Notes: a model not told the origin generated them from the sequence alone. DNA of 64,000 nt from an uncultured Chloroflexia bacterium (GCA_963746845.1 CAVVCZ010000004.1:1350407-1414406); one strand, 5' to 3'. Positions 19,085-29,401 are shown, counted from the first letter of the stretch. Numbers and translations: made by a program.

Positions 19085-20836
19085 ATGAAGGTTCGGCGTA
19101 TCGGGCGGATCGGGCTCGTCGCCGCGGTGGCTCTGCTCCTGGTCGGGGCAGGTCCGGTCGCCGCGCGGACCGACGCGACCCGCGCTGCCCCGAAGGTCGT
19201 CCTGATCGTCGGCCCTGCGGGCGCCTCGACCCCCTACTACCGGCGTCTCGCCGACGAGACCGCGGTCGCTGCGGCGAAGCTGACTCCCAACGTCGTCAAG
19301 GTCTACTCGCCCGACGCGACGTGGGAACGGGTGCAGGCCGCGCTCGAGGGCGCCTCAGTCGTCGTGTACCTCGGTCACGGCAACGGCTGGCCGAGCATCT
19401 ACCGCTCGGCCCTCTATCCGCCGACCCAGAACGGCTTCGGGCTCAACCCGCACGCCGGCGCCGCGGACTCCCACCAGTACTTCGGGGAGGACCGGATCGG
19501 CTCGGAGATCCACCTCGCGCCGAATGCGCTCGTCGTGTTCAGCCACCTCTGCTATGCGAGTGGGAACACGGAGCCGGGCCTCGCCGAGGGCACGCTCGAC
19601 CAGGCCGAGCAGCGGGTCGACAACTACGCCGCGGGCTTCTTCCGGGCGGGCGCCGGGGCGGTGATCGCCGACGCGTACCTGTCCCCCTCGTACTACGTGA
19701 CGTCCGTCCTCAGCGGCCGCTCGACGGTCGACTCGATCTGGCGTCGGGCACCGAACAAGAACGACCACTTCCTGGCCTTCAACAGCGTCCGGACGAAGGG
19801 CGCGATCGCGGAGATGGACCCGGACAGCGTGTCATCGGGGTTCCACCGCTCGCTCGTCACGAAGCCGGGACTCGCGAGCGCCGTCGTCCTCGGCGGGGCG
19901 ATCCCGCGCCAGCTCGTCGTCCAGCCGGAGGTCGAGCCGTCGCTGATCGGGCTCGGCGTGACGTTCGGCGCGCCCGACCTGACCACGCCGCCGACCGCCG
20001 GCTCGGCAACGACCCTCGTGCTCCCGATCGCCCGCGACGCGGTCGGGCTGCTCCCGTCGAAGCTGATGATCGGGACGCGCTGGGACCGCCTCGACGCGCC
20101 ATCGGGCGATCCCGTCGTGGCCCCCGGGGCCCCGGCCCCGACCCCGGCCGCCGGCACCTCCGCCGGGACGACCAACGACGACCCCGGCACGACGGCCACG
20201 ACCGATGGCCAGGGTCTGGACCTCGTCGCCCCGGAGGTCCCGGGCGAGGTGGTCGCGCCGGTCCGGGCCAAGCTCGTCGCCGGCGGCGGCATCAGCGTCC
20301 CCGTCCGCGTTCCGGCCACGCCGGGTCTGTACCGGCTCGTCGCGACGCTCCACCAGTCCGACGGTCTCGCCTTCGACGCCGCGACCCAGGCGCTCCTGCC
20401 GGCGCTCGTCGTCCGGGTGACCGGTCCGAGCACCGCGGTCTATGGGGTCCCGCCGACCGCGAACGCGCGGGCCGGGCAGCCGTTCACCCTGTCGGTGGAC
20501 GTGACGAACCTCGGAACCAGCGCGTGGGGCCATCCCGCGTCGGTCCCGATGATCGGCGAGGCCGAGCTCGTGCCCGCGTCGCGGGCCACGCTCGTCGCCC
20601 GCTGGATCGCGCTGACGACGGCGCTGTCGAGTGGCGATCCGGCCGGCGCCACGGCGAGCTCGATCCTGCCGGCGGGTCTCGCCCCGGGCGCAACGACGAC
20701 CGCGGCGTTCAACCTCACCGCGCCGGCGGTGCCGGGCGACTACCTGGTCGTCCTCGACGTCGTCGATCCGGTCGCCGGGTCGCTCGCCTCGCTCGGCGTT
20801 CCGCCGGGCATCGTCCGGGTGACCGTCGGGACCTGA
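19085..20836 (+). CDS. Secreted protein with caspase/gingipain-like (clan CD) domain and Ig-like C-terminal domains
   Basis: Signal peptide MKVRRIGRIGLVAAVALLLVGAGPVAA. Motifs VVYLGHGNG and VVFSHLCYASG. Beta-rich C-terminus. Start uncertain between 19025 and 19085. Confidence 0.65.
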   Translation: MKVRRIGRIGLVAAVALLLVGAGPVAARTDATRAAPKVVLIVGPAGASTPYYRRLADETAVAAAKLTPNVVKVYSPDATWERVQAALEGASVVVYLGHGNGWPSIYRSALYPPTQNGFGLNPHAGAADSHQYFGEDRIGSEIHLAPNALVVFSHLCYASGNTEPGLAEGTLDQAEQRVDNYAAGFFRAGAGAVIADAYLSPSYYVTSVLSGRSTVDSIWRRAPNKNDHFLAFNSVRTKGAIAEMDPDSVSSGFHRSLVTKPGLASAVVLGGAIPRQLVVQPEVEPSLIGLGVTFGAPDLTTPPTAGSATTLVLPIARDAVGLLPSKLMIGTRWDRLDAPSGDPVVAPGAPAPTPAAGTSAGTTNDDPGTTATTDGQGLDLVAPEVPGEVVAPVRAKLVAGGGISVPVRVPATPGLYRLVATLHQSDGLAFDAATQALLPALVVRVTGPSTAVYGVPPTANARAGQPFTLSVDVTNLGTSAWGHPASVPMIGEAELVPASRATLVARWIALTTALSSGDPAGATASSILPAGLAPGATTTAAFNLTAPAVPGDYLVVLDVVDPVAGSLASLGVPPGIVRVTVGT

Positions 20837-20873
20837 CGCGCCCACGCGGCGGTTGCGCGGTACCCTCCGTGGC

Positions 20874-21545
20874 ATGGAGGTCCGCACCGTCGAAGGGTTC
20901 CTGCCAAGCGTCCACGGGTTCCACTTCGCGAACGCCTGGCCGCACGGCCCGACGGTCCGGTTCGGGCCGTTCGACCCGCGGATCGTGGGCGTGGGCGATG
21001 CCGCGGACGGCCTGTGCGGCGGGATGGTCTACGCGACCGCCGACCTGTTCCTCGCCGGGGTGCCGGTGCCGGCGGATCGGGAGCCGTTCCCGAACGGATC
21101 GCCCCGGTTCAAGGCGATCGTCCGGCGCCAGGTCGAGTCCCTGGCATGGCTCACGGTCCCCGTCCGGTACTGGCTCCGCTCGGCCGTCGGTGGCCGGTTC
21201 GGCGGCGATCGCGCGCGATCCACGGTCGATCACGAATGGCCGATCGCGAAGCGCCAGCTGGATGCCGGGCACCTGGTCCTGATCGGGCTGATCCGGGTGT
21301 CGTCGGTGGATCCGCGTGCATTGACGTTGAACCACCAGGTGATGGCCTTTGGCTACGCTGAGGACGGGCGGGGGGTGACCCTGAACCTGTACGACCCGAA
21401 CTGGCCCGACCGCGACGACGTGACGATCACGATCCACCTCGACCCGGCGTTCCGCCCGACCGGGATGAGCCAGTCGACCGGCGAGCCGCTCCTCGGCTGG
21501 TTCGTCCTCCCCTACTCGCCGGCCGAGCCCCGCGCCTGGCGCTGA
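20874..21545 (+). CDS. Hypothetical protein with papain-like Cys-His-Asp motifs
   Basis: GLCGGM, NHQVMAFGY, LYDPNWP. TACCCT lies 7 nt before ATG 20874. Confidence 0.65.
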   Translation: MEVRTVEGFLPSVHGFHFANAWPHGPTVRFGPFDPRIVGVGDAADGLCGGMVYATADLFLAGVPVPADREPFPNGSPRFKAIVRRQVESLAWLTVPVRYWLRSAVGGRFGGDRARSTVDHEWPIAKRQLDAGHLVLIGLIRVSSVDPRALTLNHQVMAFGYAEDGRGVTLNLYDPNWPDRDDVTITIHLDPAFRPTGMSQSTGEPLLGWFVLPYSPAEPRAWR

Positions 21546-21576
21546 CCGGGGCGCGCGTCGCGCTCGGCAGCGACCC

Positions 21577-24351
21577 TTATGTCAGCGGCGGCAGCTCCTG
21601 GGCGTCGGTCTGGGCCGGGGCGAACAGGTCGCCGACCCGCTCCACCCGCTCGACGATCGTCCGGATCGTCCACCGATCGGGCCGCAACTCCGGGTCGTCG
21701 AGCTCGTCCCACGCGATCGGCGCCGATACCGGCGCCCCGTCGGCGGGCCGGACGGCGTACGGGGAGACAAGCGTCTTGATCGGCTGGTTCTGGGTGTAGT
21801 CGAGACGCGCCTTGCCGCCCCGGGCGCCCTTGGCCCACTCCCACGACACGAGGTCCGGGACGGTCGCGCCGATCGCCCGGCTCAGCCCCTCGACCCAGTC
21901 GCTGGTGTCGCCGAACGTGTACCTGGGCTCGATCGGGATCCAGACCTGGATGCCGCGCTTGCCGGTGGTCTTCGGGTAGCCCCGGACGCCGAGATGCTCG
22001 AGCGCGGTCCGGTACAGCCGCGCGAGGACGAGGGTCTCCTCGAGCGTCGTCTTCGTCCCCGGGTCGATGTCGATCAGGGCGAACGTCGGCCGGAACGGCT
22101 CCTCGAGGCGGGCGGTCCAGGCGTGGACCTCGAACGCGGCCTGGTTGCCCAGCCAGCACATCGTCGCGACGCGGTCCGCGATGAGGTGCTCGTTCGCCTC
22201 ACGATCGTCGACGCCGACCTCGCGCCAGCGGCGGAGCCAGCCGGGCGCCGACGCCGGGATGTCCTTCTGCCAGAAGCTGGGGCCGTGGGCTCCGTTCGGG
22301 AAGCGCTGGAGATTGAGCGGGCGCTCGGCGAGGTGCGGGAGCATCGTCGGGGCGATGCGGGCGAAGTACCGGATCAGGTCGCGCTTCGTGACCGCGCCAT
22401 CCACGGGATCCGCCGGGTCCGGCCCGAACAGGACCTTGTCGAGGTTCGTGAGCTTCAGGTCCTCGCCGCGCTCACCGCCGACATGCCACGTGCCCTCGCC
22501 GGGCATCGCGGCGAGCCGCTCCAGCTCGTCGGGCGTCGCGGTCCACGGGAGGCCGCCCGGCCCGGCGCTCGACGTCGACGAGGCGGCGCGGCGCTTCGCG
22601 GGCGTCTTCGGCATGGGGCCATCGTCGCGCGGATCGGCCGGCGGCGCCTCCGCCGCGGCCTCCGCGACCGCACGCGCCGACGAGACGGCGTCCTCCCGGA
22701 CGACGAGCCGCGGGTCCCGCCCCTCCTCGATCCCCTTGAACGAGGTCTGGCGGACATGGCCATCCCGGGTCCAGCCGCCGAGCTCGGCGCGGATCACGAG
22801 CTCCGGCCGAATCCAGGTGATGCCGCCGAGGTCGCCGCCCCAGCGTCCGCGGTAGTCGCGCGGCGGCGGCGGGTCGAACGGCGGCGCGTCGGCGGCGAGT
22901 GGCGCCATCGCGGCGAGCAGCCGCTTCCGGGTCGTCGCGGTGAACCCCGATCCGACCTTGCCGGCGAACCGCAGCTTCCCGTCCTCATACACGCCGACGG
23001 CCACGGCGCCCAGGTCCCGGGCGTTGCCCTCGCCCGGCGTCCAGCCGCCGACGACGAGCTCCTGCTCCGGCCGGATCTTCAGCTTCAGCCAGGCGGGCGT
23101 CCGCCGGCCCGGCTCGTACCGGGATCGCCGGAGCTTCGCGACGATCCCCTCGAGGCCGTTCTGCCGGGCCGCCTCCATGAACGCCTCACCCTCGCCGACG
23201 ACGTGGGCCGCGAACCGGACCCGCGGCGTCTCCCGGAGGACCGACCGGAGCAGCCGCTTGCGGTCCTCGAGCGGGACGTTGAGCAGCGAGCGACCGTCGA
23301 GGTGGAGGAGGTCGAACACCTGGTAGACGAGCGGACCGACCGGCGCCTGGCCCGCCGGGCCGGCACCATCGCCCCGCCCCGATCCGGCCCGGCGCTCGCT
23401 GATCCGCTCCTGGAGCAGGGAGAAGTCCGGCCGGCCCTCCTCGTCGAGGGCGACGACCTCGCCGTCGACGATCGCCTCCTTGGCGTCGATCCACGTCGGC
23501 GGAGTCAGGAGCTTCGGGAAGTACGTCTCGGCGTCCTTCAGGTTCCGGGTCCAGAGCTTGACCTTGCCGTCGCGGACGACCGCCTCGACCCGGTACCCGT
23601 CCCACTTGATCTCGTACAGCCAGTCGGGATCGCTGAACGCCTTGCCGGCGAGCGTCGCCGCCATCGGCTCGATCCGGTCGGGCATCGACGTCTCGCGGGC
23701 CCCCGCCAGGTCGATCCCGGCCACGGCCGCGGGCTGCTCGCTCACCCACAGTGCGTCGCGGTTCGCCTGGACTTCGTCGTTCGTGCGGCCGGTCTTGACG
23801 CTCTGCGGGTGATCCTCGGCGTCCCAGCCGGCCGCCGCGTCGGCGTCGCGCTTCTTGATCAGGAGCCACTGCTCGCTGTCATCCTCGAAGGCGGTGGAGG
23901 GAGCGCTGCCCGGTCGGCGGCTCGTCCGGACGATCGTGAACCGGCCGCGGACCTTCGTCCCGTGGAGGACGAACTTCAGCTCGCCGTTCTCGACCGCGGC
24001 CCGCGGGTCGGGGGTCTCCGCCTCCGGCTCCCAGGTCCCCCAGTCCCAGACGATCACATCGCCGGCGCCGTACTGCTTCCGCGGGATCACGCCCTCGAAA
24101 TCGAAGTACTCGATCGGGTGGTCCTCGACGTGGACGGCCATGCGGCGGACCGTCGAGTCGAGGGTCAGGCCCTTCGGCACAGCCCAGCTGACGAGGACCC
24201 CCTCGATCTCGAGCCGGAAGTCGTAGTGGAGCCGGGTTGCGCGATGGCGCTGGATGACGAACCGGCCCGTACCGGTGGGCGGCGCCGTCGCCCCGGCGGG
24301 CTCGGGCGTCTGGTTGAAGTCGCGCTTGGCGCGATAGTGCTCGAGCGGCAT
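21577..24351 (-). CDS. ligD: NHEJ DNA ligase D (phosphoesterase-ligase-polymerase)
   Basis: HRATRLHYDFRLE (PE), YEIKWDGYR and EGIVAK (LIG), IDIDPG, KTTGKRG and LDYTQN (POL). Confidence 0.95.
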   Translation of the reverse strand: MPLEHYRAKRDFNQTPEPAGATAPPTGTGRFVIQRHRATRLHYDFRLEIEGVLVSWAVPKGLTLDSTVRRMAVHVEDHPIEYFDFEGVIPRKQYGAGDVIVWDWGTWEPEAETPDPRAAVENGELKFVLHGTKVRGRFTIVRTSRRPGSAPSTAFEDDSEQWLLIKKRDADAAAGWDAEDHPQSVKTGRTNDEVQANRDALWVSEQPAAVAGIDLAGARETSMPDRIEPMAATLAGKAFSDPDWLYEIKWDGYRVEAVVRDGKVKLWTRNLKDAETYFPKLLTPPTWIDAKEAIVDGEVVALDEEGRPDFSLLQERISERRAGSGRGDGAGPAGQAPVGPLVYQVFDLLHLDGRSLLNVPLEDRKRLLRSVLRETPRVRFAAHVVGEGEAFMEAARQNGLEGIVAKLRRSRYEPGRRTPAWLKLKIRPEQELVVGGWTPGEGNARDLGAVAVGVYEDGKLRFAGKVGSGFTATTRKRLLAAMAPLAADAPPFDPPPPRDYRGRWGGDLGGITWIRPELVIRAELGGWTRDGHVRQTSFKGIEEGRDPRLVVREDAVSSARAVAEAAAEAPPADPRDDGPMPKTPAKRRAASSTSSAGPGGLPWTATPDELERLAAMPGEGTWHVGGERGEDLKLTNLDKVLFGPDPADPVDGAVTKRDLIRYFARIAPTMLPHLAERPLNLQRFPNGAHGPSFWQKDIPASAPGWLRRWREVGVDDREANEHLIADRVATMCWLGNQAAFEVHAWTARLEEPFRPTFALIDIDPGTKTTLEETLVLARLYRTALEHLGVRGYPKTTGKRGIQVWIPIEPRYTFGDTSDWVEGLSRAIGATVPDLVSWEWAKGARGGKARLDYTQNQPIKTLVSPYAVRPADGAPVSAPIAWDELDDPELRPDRWTIRTIVERVERVGDLFAPAQTDAQELPPLT

Positions 24352-24382
24352 CGCGCCGGTCGCTCTCCCGCGGTCGCGGTCG

Positions 24383-25330
24383 TCAGGCGGTCTTGCGCTT
24401 CCGCTTCGCCGGGGCGGCGGTCTCGGCGTCGGCCTCGTCGTCCGCGGTCGAGCGCTTGCCACGGCTCGCGGGCGTGGCCGGCTCGGCCTTGTCCGCGCGG
24501 GCCTTCTTTGCCTCGGCGACGCTGACCGGCTTCTCGCCGGCGCGGGCGGCCTTGGCTGCGTTCACGGACGCCTCGAGGGCGGCCATCAGGTCGACGAGCT
24601 TGCCGGTCTCTTCGGCCGGCTCGGGCGCCTTGACCTCGTGGCCCTCGATCTTCGACTCGATGACCTGCATCAGCGCGTCGCGGTACTCGTCCTTGTACTC
24701 CGCGGGGTCGAACGCGCCGGTCATCGCCGACACGAGCTGGCGCGCCATCGCGATCTCGGCGGGCTTGAACTCGTACTCCTCGTCGGGCAGGTCGAGCTCC
24801 TTGGTCGAGCGGACCTCGTCGGGCCAGTGGAGCGTCGTGAGGAGCATCGTGTCGCCGAACGGATCGAGCGAGGCGAGCGCCTCGCGGTCCTTGATCACGA
24901 CCTTGCAGATCGCGGTCAGGCCTTCCTCCTGGAGGACGGAGCGGAGGAGGTAGAACGGCTTCCGGCCGATCTTGTCGGGCTCGATGTAGTAGGCCTGCTT
25001 GACGAAGCGCGTGTTCGAGTCGTCCGTGTCGGCCTTCGTGAACTGCTCGATCTCGATCGATCGGACCGTCTTCAGCGGGACCTTCTCGAGGTCCTCGTCC
25101 GTGATGACGACGTATTCACCGGGCGAGTACTCGTAGCCCTTGACGGTGTCGGCACGCGAGATCGGCTCGTCCTCGACCGGACACCACGTCTTCATCTGGA
25201 TCCGCGACAGGTCCTTCTCATGGAGCATGTTGAAGCGGATCGTGTAGTCGGATTCGGTCGCCAGGTAGAGCTTGACCGGAATGGTCACCAGCCCGAACTG
25301 GATGGCCCCCTTCCACATCGCGCGCGCCAC
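24383..25330 (-). CDS. ku: Ku protein
   Basis: RAMWKGAIQFGLVTIPVKLY, VKGYEY, VDLMAALEAS, basic C-terminal tail. Adjacent to ligD. Confidence 0.95.
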   Translation of the reverse strand: MARAMWKGAIQFGLVTIPVKLYLATESDYTIRFNMLHEKDLSRIQMKTWCPVEDEPISRADTVKGYEYSPGEYVVITDEDLEKVPLKTVRSIEIEQFTKADTDDSNTRFVKQAYYIEPDKIGRKPFYLLRSVLQEEGLTAICKVVIKDREALASLDPFGDTMLLTTLHWPDEVRSTKELDLPDEEYEFKPAEIAMARQLVSAMTGAFDPAEYKDEYRDALMQVIESKIEGHEVKAPEPAEETGKLVDLMAALEASVNAAKAARAGEKPVSVAEAKKARADKAEPATPASRGKRSTADDEADAETAAPAKRKRKTA

Positions 25331-25444
25331 GGGCAGGTCCTCGTACGGTCCATCGAACCGGATCGACCCTCGTGCGGGCACGACCGGTTCCGCATGATAT
25401 CGCGCCCCTGCAACCCGACCGCCTCACACGGACGGGCCGCGGCA

Positions 25445-27901
25445 TCAACGGAGGATGACGAACCCGTCGACGTCGACTCGGCCGTTGCCGGTCAGGCGCA
25501 GCTCGATCGTATGGGTGCCGAGCGTGGGGAAGAGCGTTGCGAACTTGATCAGCCGGCTCTTGCCCGACGACGCCTTGAAGCTGACCGTGGCGCGCCAGAC
25601 GCCGTCGATGTAGACCGCGGCGCTCCCCCGGGTTGTCCCGACCGGGGCGACGACCGCGACCCCGCGGCCGCTGAACGTCGTCCGGACGCGGGCGGCCGAG
25701 CTCGTCGCGTAGGTCGTCGTGCCACCGGACGCTCCCGAGTAGGTGGACTTGTGCCAGGTCCCGCTGTAGCTCACGGCGGCGGCGCGATCCTGGATCAGGA
25801 CGCTCGTGACATTGAGCCCGGACGCCCACGCGCTCCAGTTCCCGGCGACATCCCGGGCACGGACGCGATAGCGATAGGCATGGCCGAGCGTCTGCGATCC
25901 GGCGGTCGCCCGAACGCTCGCGCTCGTGGAGCCGACCGTCGTCCACGCCCCACCGTCGACGCTTCGCTGCAGCTCGTAGCCGCCGATCGCGCTCGTCGGA
26001 TCCGTGGCCGGCGCCCAGCCGATGCTGGTCGGGACGGTCGTGGTCCCGAGCGCGGCGTTCGTCCTGGCCGCGGTCGAGGGCGGCTGAGCGGTGGGGCTGT
26101 CGGTCTCGATCACGACGTGGGCCGTCGTCGTGTGGACCCGGCCGTGCTCGTTGCCGGACACCTCGACGTCGTACGTGCCGGCCGACAGACCGGCCGGGAC
26201 GGTGACCGCCAGGGTGGAGGCGACGCCCGCCGTCCCGAACGGGGCCGTCACGTCGAAGCTCCAGCGGAACCCGGACGGCGAGCCGGACACGGACAGGACG
26301 ATCCGCTCGAACGAGGTCGCGCTGCGCGCGATCGTGATCGGGAAGCGGGCGACCCCGCCGTTGCCGCCGACCACCGGGGCCGGGCCCGCCGCTAGGCTGA
26401 AGTCGCCGCGCGGCCCGATGCCGTGGACGTCGAGCAGCCGTTCGTGCGTGCTGTCCGGATCGGTCGACGTCCGCCAGTTGGTCGTGCCGAAGTAGATCAG
26501 CGCCTCGCGAACCTCCGCGGGGGTCAGACCGGGCCGGCTCGCCTTCAGAAGGGCCACGGCGCCGGTCACATGTGGGGCCGCCATCGACGTGCCGGAGCTG
26601 TAGCCGTACCCGCCCGGCACGGTCGACAGGATGCACTTGCCCGGCGCGATCAGGTCGACGTCGGAGCCGTAGTTGCTGAAGTCCGCGAACGTGTCGTCGA
26701 CGTCGTAGGTCCCCCACGAGAGGCACTTGTGGCCGCCCTTGCCGCCGGACCGCCCGTCCGTGTCGGCGAGCGCGGAGACCGTGATGACCTCGTTGTAGGC
26801 GGCCGGAACGCGGTTCGACGCGCTGGCGTGGTCGTTGCCGGCCGCCGCGACGACCGTGACGCCGCTCCCGACGATCCGGCAGATCGCCTGGTGGAGGATG
26901 TCCTTGTTCACGGTCCCGCAGTGAACGTCGTCGCTGCCGGCCTTCGCGACGCTCATGTTCACGGCCTCGAACAGCGGCCGCGACGAGTCGTTCGGGTCGT
27001 GCTGGGCGGCGATCCAGTCGAGCCCGCAGACGTACCAGCTGAGCAGACCGGCCCCGCCGTCGTCGAGGATCTTCACGGCCCACAGGCGGACCCCCGGCGC
27101 GACCCCAACGACGCCGAAGCCGTTGTCCAGCGCGCCGATCGTCCCGGCGACGTGCGTCCCGTGGCCCTCGACATCGCGCCACGCCGTCCGGTCGCTCGTC
27201 GAGCAGTTGTAGCCGCCGGCGACGTTCAGGTCGGCGACGCGAGAGATCCCCGTGTCGACGACCGCGACGTCCGCGTCAACCCGATCGTCCAGCCCGTCGA
27301 TGCTCGCAATGGTCGAAACCTTGTCGTTGATCCGGGCGATGCCCGTCGGGATCGACTGTGCCTCCATCTGGATCGCCTCGTCGGCGACGATCATCGCGAC
27401 CGACGGGTCGCGGCTGAGCGCCTTCAGCTGGGCGCGGTCCAGCTTCGCCGAGTAGCCGCGGAGCGTGTTGCGGAACGTCCGGTCCGACTTGAAGCCCTGG
27501 CTCCGGCCCTGGCGATCCGCCGTCGCGACGGCATCGGTGCCGGACTTCAGGACGACGATCCAGCGGTTCGTCGGGTCGGCGGCGAGGTCGACCGCCGGGC
27601 CGGCCGGACGGTCCTTCGCGGCCGGGGCGGGGACGACAAGCGCCGGCGTCGTGGCGCTCGGCGCCGGGTCGGCGGGGGCCGGTGCGGCCGGATCCGCGGG
27701 CGCGGGATCGGCGCCGGGGTCGGTCGGCTCTGGCGTCGGAGCGGGATCCGTGGAGGAGATGGGCTGGCTCGGTCCGGGGTCCGACGACGGTTCGGGCTCG
27801 ATGATCGGTGCGGGGGATCCGACCGGCTCGCCGGCAAGGGCCGCCCCGACAGACGAAAGGAGCAGGGTGAGGGCGGCGAACGAGGCGAGGGCTCGGCGCA
27901 T
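25445..27901 (-). CDS. Secreted S8 (subtilisin-like) serine peptidase with I9 prodomain and C-terminal Ig/FN3-like domains
   Basis: Signal peptide, VAVVDTG, GHGTHVAG, AAAGN, GTSMAAPHV. Confidence 0.92.
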   Translation of the reverse strand: MRRALASFAALTLLLSSVGAALAGEPVGSPAPIIEPEPSSDPGPSQPISSTDPAPTPEPTDPGADPAPADPAAPAPADPAPSATTPALVVPAPAAKDRPAGPAVDLAADPTNRWIVVLKSGTDAVATADRQGRSQGFKSDRTFRNTLRGYSAKLDRAQLKALSRDPSVAMIVADEAIQMEAQSIPTGIARINDKVSTIASIDGLDDRVDADVAVVDTGISRVADLNVAGGYNCSTSDRTAWRDVEGHGTHVAGTIGALDNGFGVVGVAPGVRLWAVKILDDGGAGLLSWYVCGLDWIAAQHDPNDSSRPLFEAVNMSVAKAGSDDVHCGTVNKDILHQAICRIVGSGVTVVAAAGNDHASASNRVPAAYNEVITVSALADTDGRSGGKGGHKCLSWGTYDVDDTFADFSNYGSDVDLIAPGKCILSTVPGGYGYSSGTSMAAPHVTGAVALLKASRPGLTPAEVREALIYFGTTNWRTSTDPDSTHERLLDVHGIGPRGDFSLAAGPAPVVGGNGGVARFPITIARSATSFERIVLSVSGSPSGFRWSFDVTAPFGTAGVASTLAVTVPAGLSAGTYDVEVSGNEHGRVHTTTAHVVIETDSPTAQPPSTAARTNAALGTTTVPTSIGWAPATDPTSAIGGYELQRSVDGGAWTTVGSTSASVRATAGSQTLGHAYRYRVRARDVAGNWSAWASGLNVTSVLIQDRAAAVSYSGTWHKSTYSGASGGTTTYATSSAARVRTTFSGRGVAVVAPVGTTRGSAAVYIDGVWRATVSFKASSGKSRLIKFATLFPTLGTHTIELRLTGNGRVDVDGFVILR

Positions 27902-27991
27902 GGGGGAGATCTCCGGCGTCTGGCGGCATGCCGCAAGTCGCACGGGTATTGTCTCGCATGTCGCGAGCGTGCCCGCACTACCCCCAGCGTG

Positions 27992-28096
27992 CCTCCCCGG
28001 ACGACGAAGGGCAATGACGAGGTGGTCCCACGTCGGGGTGGCTCACCAGTCCTGACCGCACCGGACCCTCCGGCACCCACCACGACCCGATCGGCC
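27992..28096 (-). repeat. Intergenic element, copy A (homologous to 48495-48646)
   Basis: Shares exact 12-mers CCTCCCCGGACG (27992-28003) and CGCACCGGACCC (28057-28068), plus GCTCACCAGTCCTG vs GCTCCCCATCCTG, in the same order. Confidence 0.55.
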
Positions 28097-28098
28097 GC

Positions 28099-29364
28099 TC
28101 AGTGGAGCGTGCCCGCCCGTGCCGTCCGGATCTCGTTCTCCGCCTCCGCCACACGGCAGACGATCGCCTCGCGGAGCCGATCGAGGGCCTGCTGCACGCC
28201 GGCCGCACTGTTCGCGATCGAGGTCAGGGTGGCCTTGATCCCCTTGAGCGCATCGAGCTCGGCGCGGACCGCGACCAGGACGGTCCGGACGGCCTCGACA
28301 TCGACCTCGGCCTCGATCTCGCGGAGGCCGGCGATCGCCAGCAGCTTCGCGAGCCGCAAGGCCGCCTCGAGGACCGCGACGTCCGGCTCGGACGGGTCGA
28401 CGACGCAGTACACGTCACCGGCACGCACGTCGAACGGGGCGATACCCGATGGGGCATGGGCCGGGCTGAAGACGACGAGACCGACGGCGGCGGCGCGGTT
28501 CTCCTTCGCCTCGCGCAGCTCGTCGCGGATCGACCGGACCGACATCGCCCGGTCCTTCGCCTCGATCACGACCCGCACGTCCGCACCGCCGGTCCGCTCC
28601 GGGTTCACCGTGACGACGAAGTCGCCCTTCTTCGATCGGAGCACCTCGCCGGGCACGCCACCGGTCCGGTCGACCAGGTCGCCGCCGCCGCGGGTGATCT
28701 CGGCCAGGAGGACCTCGAGGGTGTCCTCGAAATCGGCACCCTTCGCGGCGGACCGGGCCCGCTCGACGCCACGCGCCGCGGCTGCCGCCTCGATCGCGGT
28801 GAGACGCTCATGGAGCCGCTCGAACCCGGCCGTCACCTCGGACCGGAACTGGTGCATCGGGGAGTGCTGACGGGTCGGGTCCAGGAGGACAGCGAGCTTC
28901 GAGGCGTCCCCGTCGAAATACGTGCCGAGGAGCGTCTGCATCCGGCCGATCGCGCTGTCGCGCTTCGTCTCATCGAACAGATCCGCCACGAAGCCGCGGA
29001 GCTGGCCGCGATCGCCGAGGAACTTCTCGAGCGTCCGCGGCAGACGACCGTCGCCGTCCGCGAAGTTCATGCGGAGGACCCCCTCGAGCGCCTCGACCGC
29101 CCGCCCGTTCGCCTGCTCGTTGGCGTGGACCAGCTTCTCGAACTCGTCGCGGACCATGTCGACGTCCATGGAGACGGCGACGTCCTGGATCGCCAGGAGG
29201 CCGACCTTCAGGGCGCGTTCGACGACGGCCGGTCGATCCGCCGGCTCGCGCCCGGCGAGCACGGCGGCAAGTGCCGGGTCGCGGATGACGAGGCGCTCGA
29301 TGACGATCCGTTCGCCATCGACACGAATCTCCGTGGTCGGGAGCGGGAGGATGCGGGCTTCCAT
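28099..29364 (-). CDS. Coiled-coil protein with C-terminal PD-(D/E)XK nuclease-like domain (DUF2130/RmuC-like)
   Basis: KGADFED, KGDFVV and VIEAKDR motifs following a helical region. Confidence 0.65.
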   Translation of the reverse strand: MEARILPLPTTEIRVDGERIVIERLVIRDPALAAVLAGREPADRPAVVERALKVGLLAIQDVAVSMDVDMVRDEFEKLVHANEQANGRAVEALEGVLRMNFADGDGRLPRTLEKFLGDRGQLRGFVADLFDETKRDSAIGRMQTLLGTYFDGDASKLAVLLDPTRQHSPMHQFRSEVTAGFERLHERLTAIEAAAAARGVERARSAAKGADFEDTLEVLLAEITRGGGDLVDRTGGVPGEVLRSKKGDFVVTVNPERTGGADVRVVIEAKDRAMSVRSIRDELREAKENRAAAVGLVVFSPAHAPSGIAPFDVRAGDVYCVVDPSEPDVAVLEAALRLAKLLAIAGLREIEAEVDVEAVRTVLVAVRAELDALKGIKATLTSIANSAAGVQQALDRLREAIVCRVAEAENEIRTARAGTLH

Positions 29365-29401
29365 GGCGACATCCTCGACCGCCCGCGTGACACCTAGGCT
29401 G

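Noticed and set aside
21577-25330. Ku-LigD as a novel system
   Set aside because: Canonical bacterial NHEJ pair with a known domain order.
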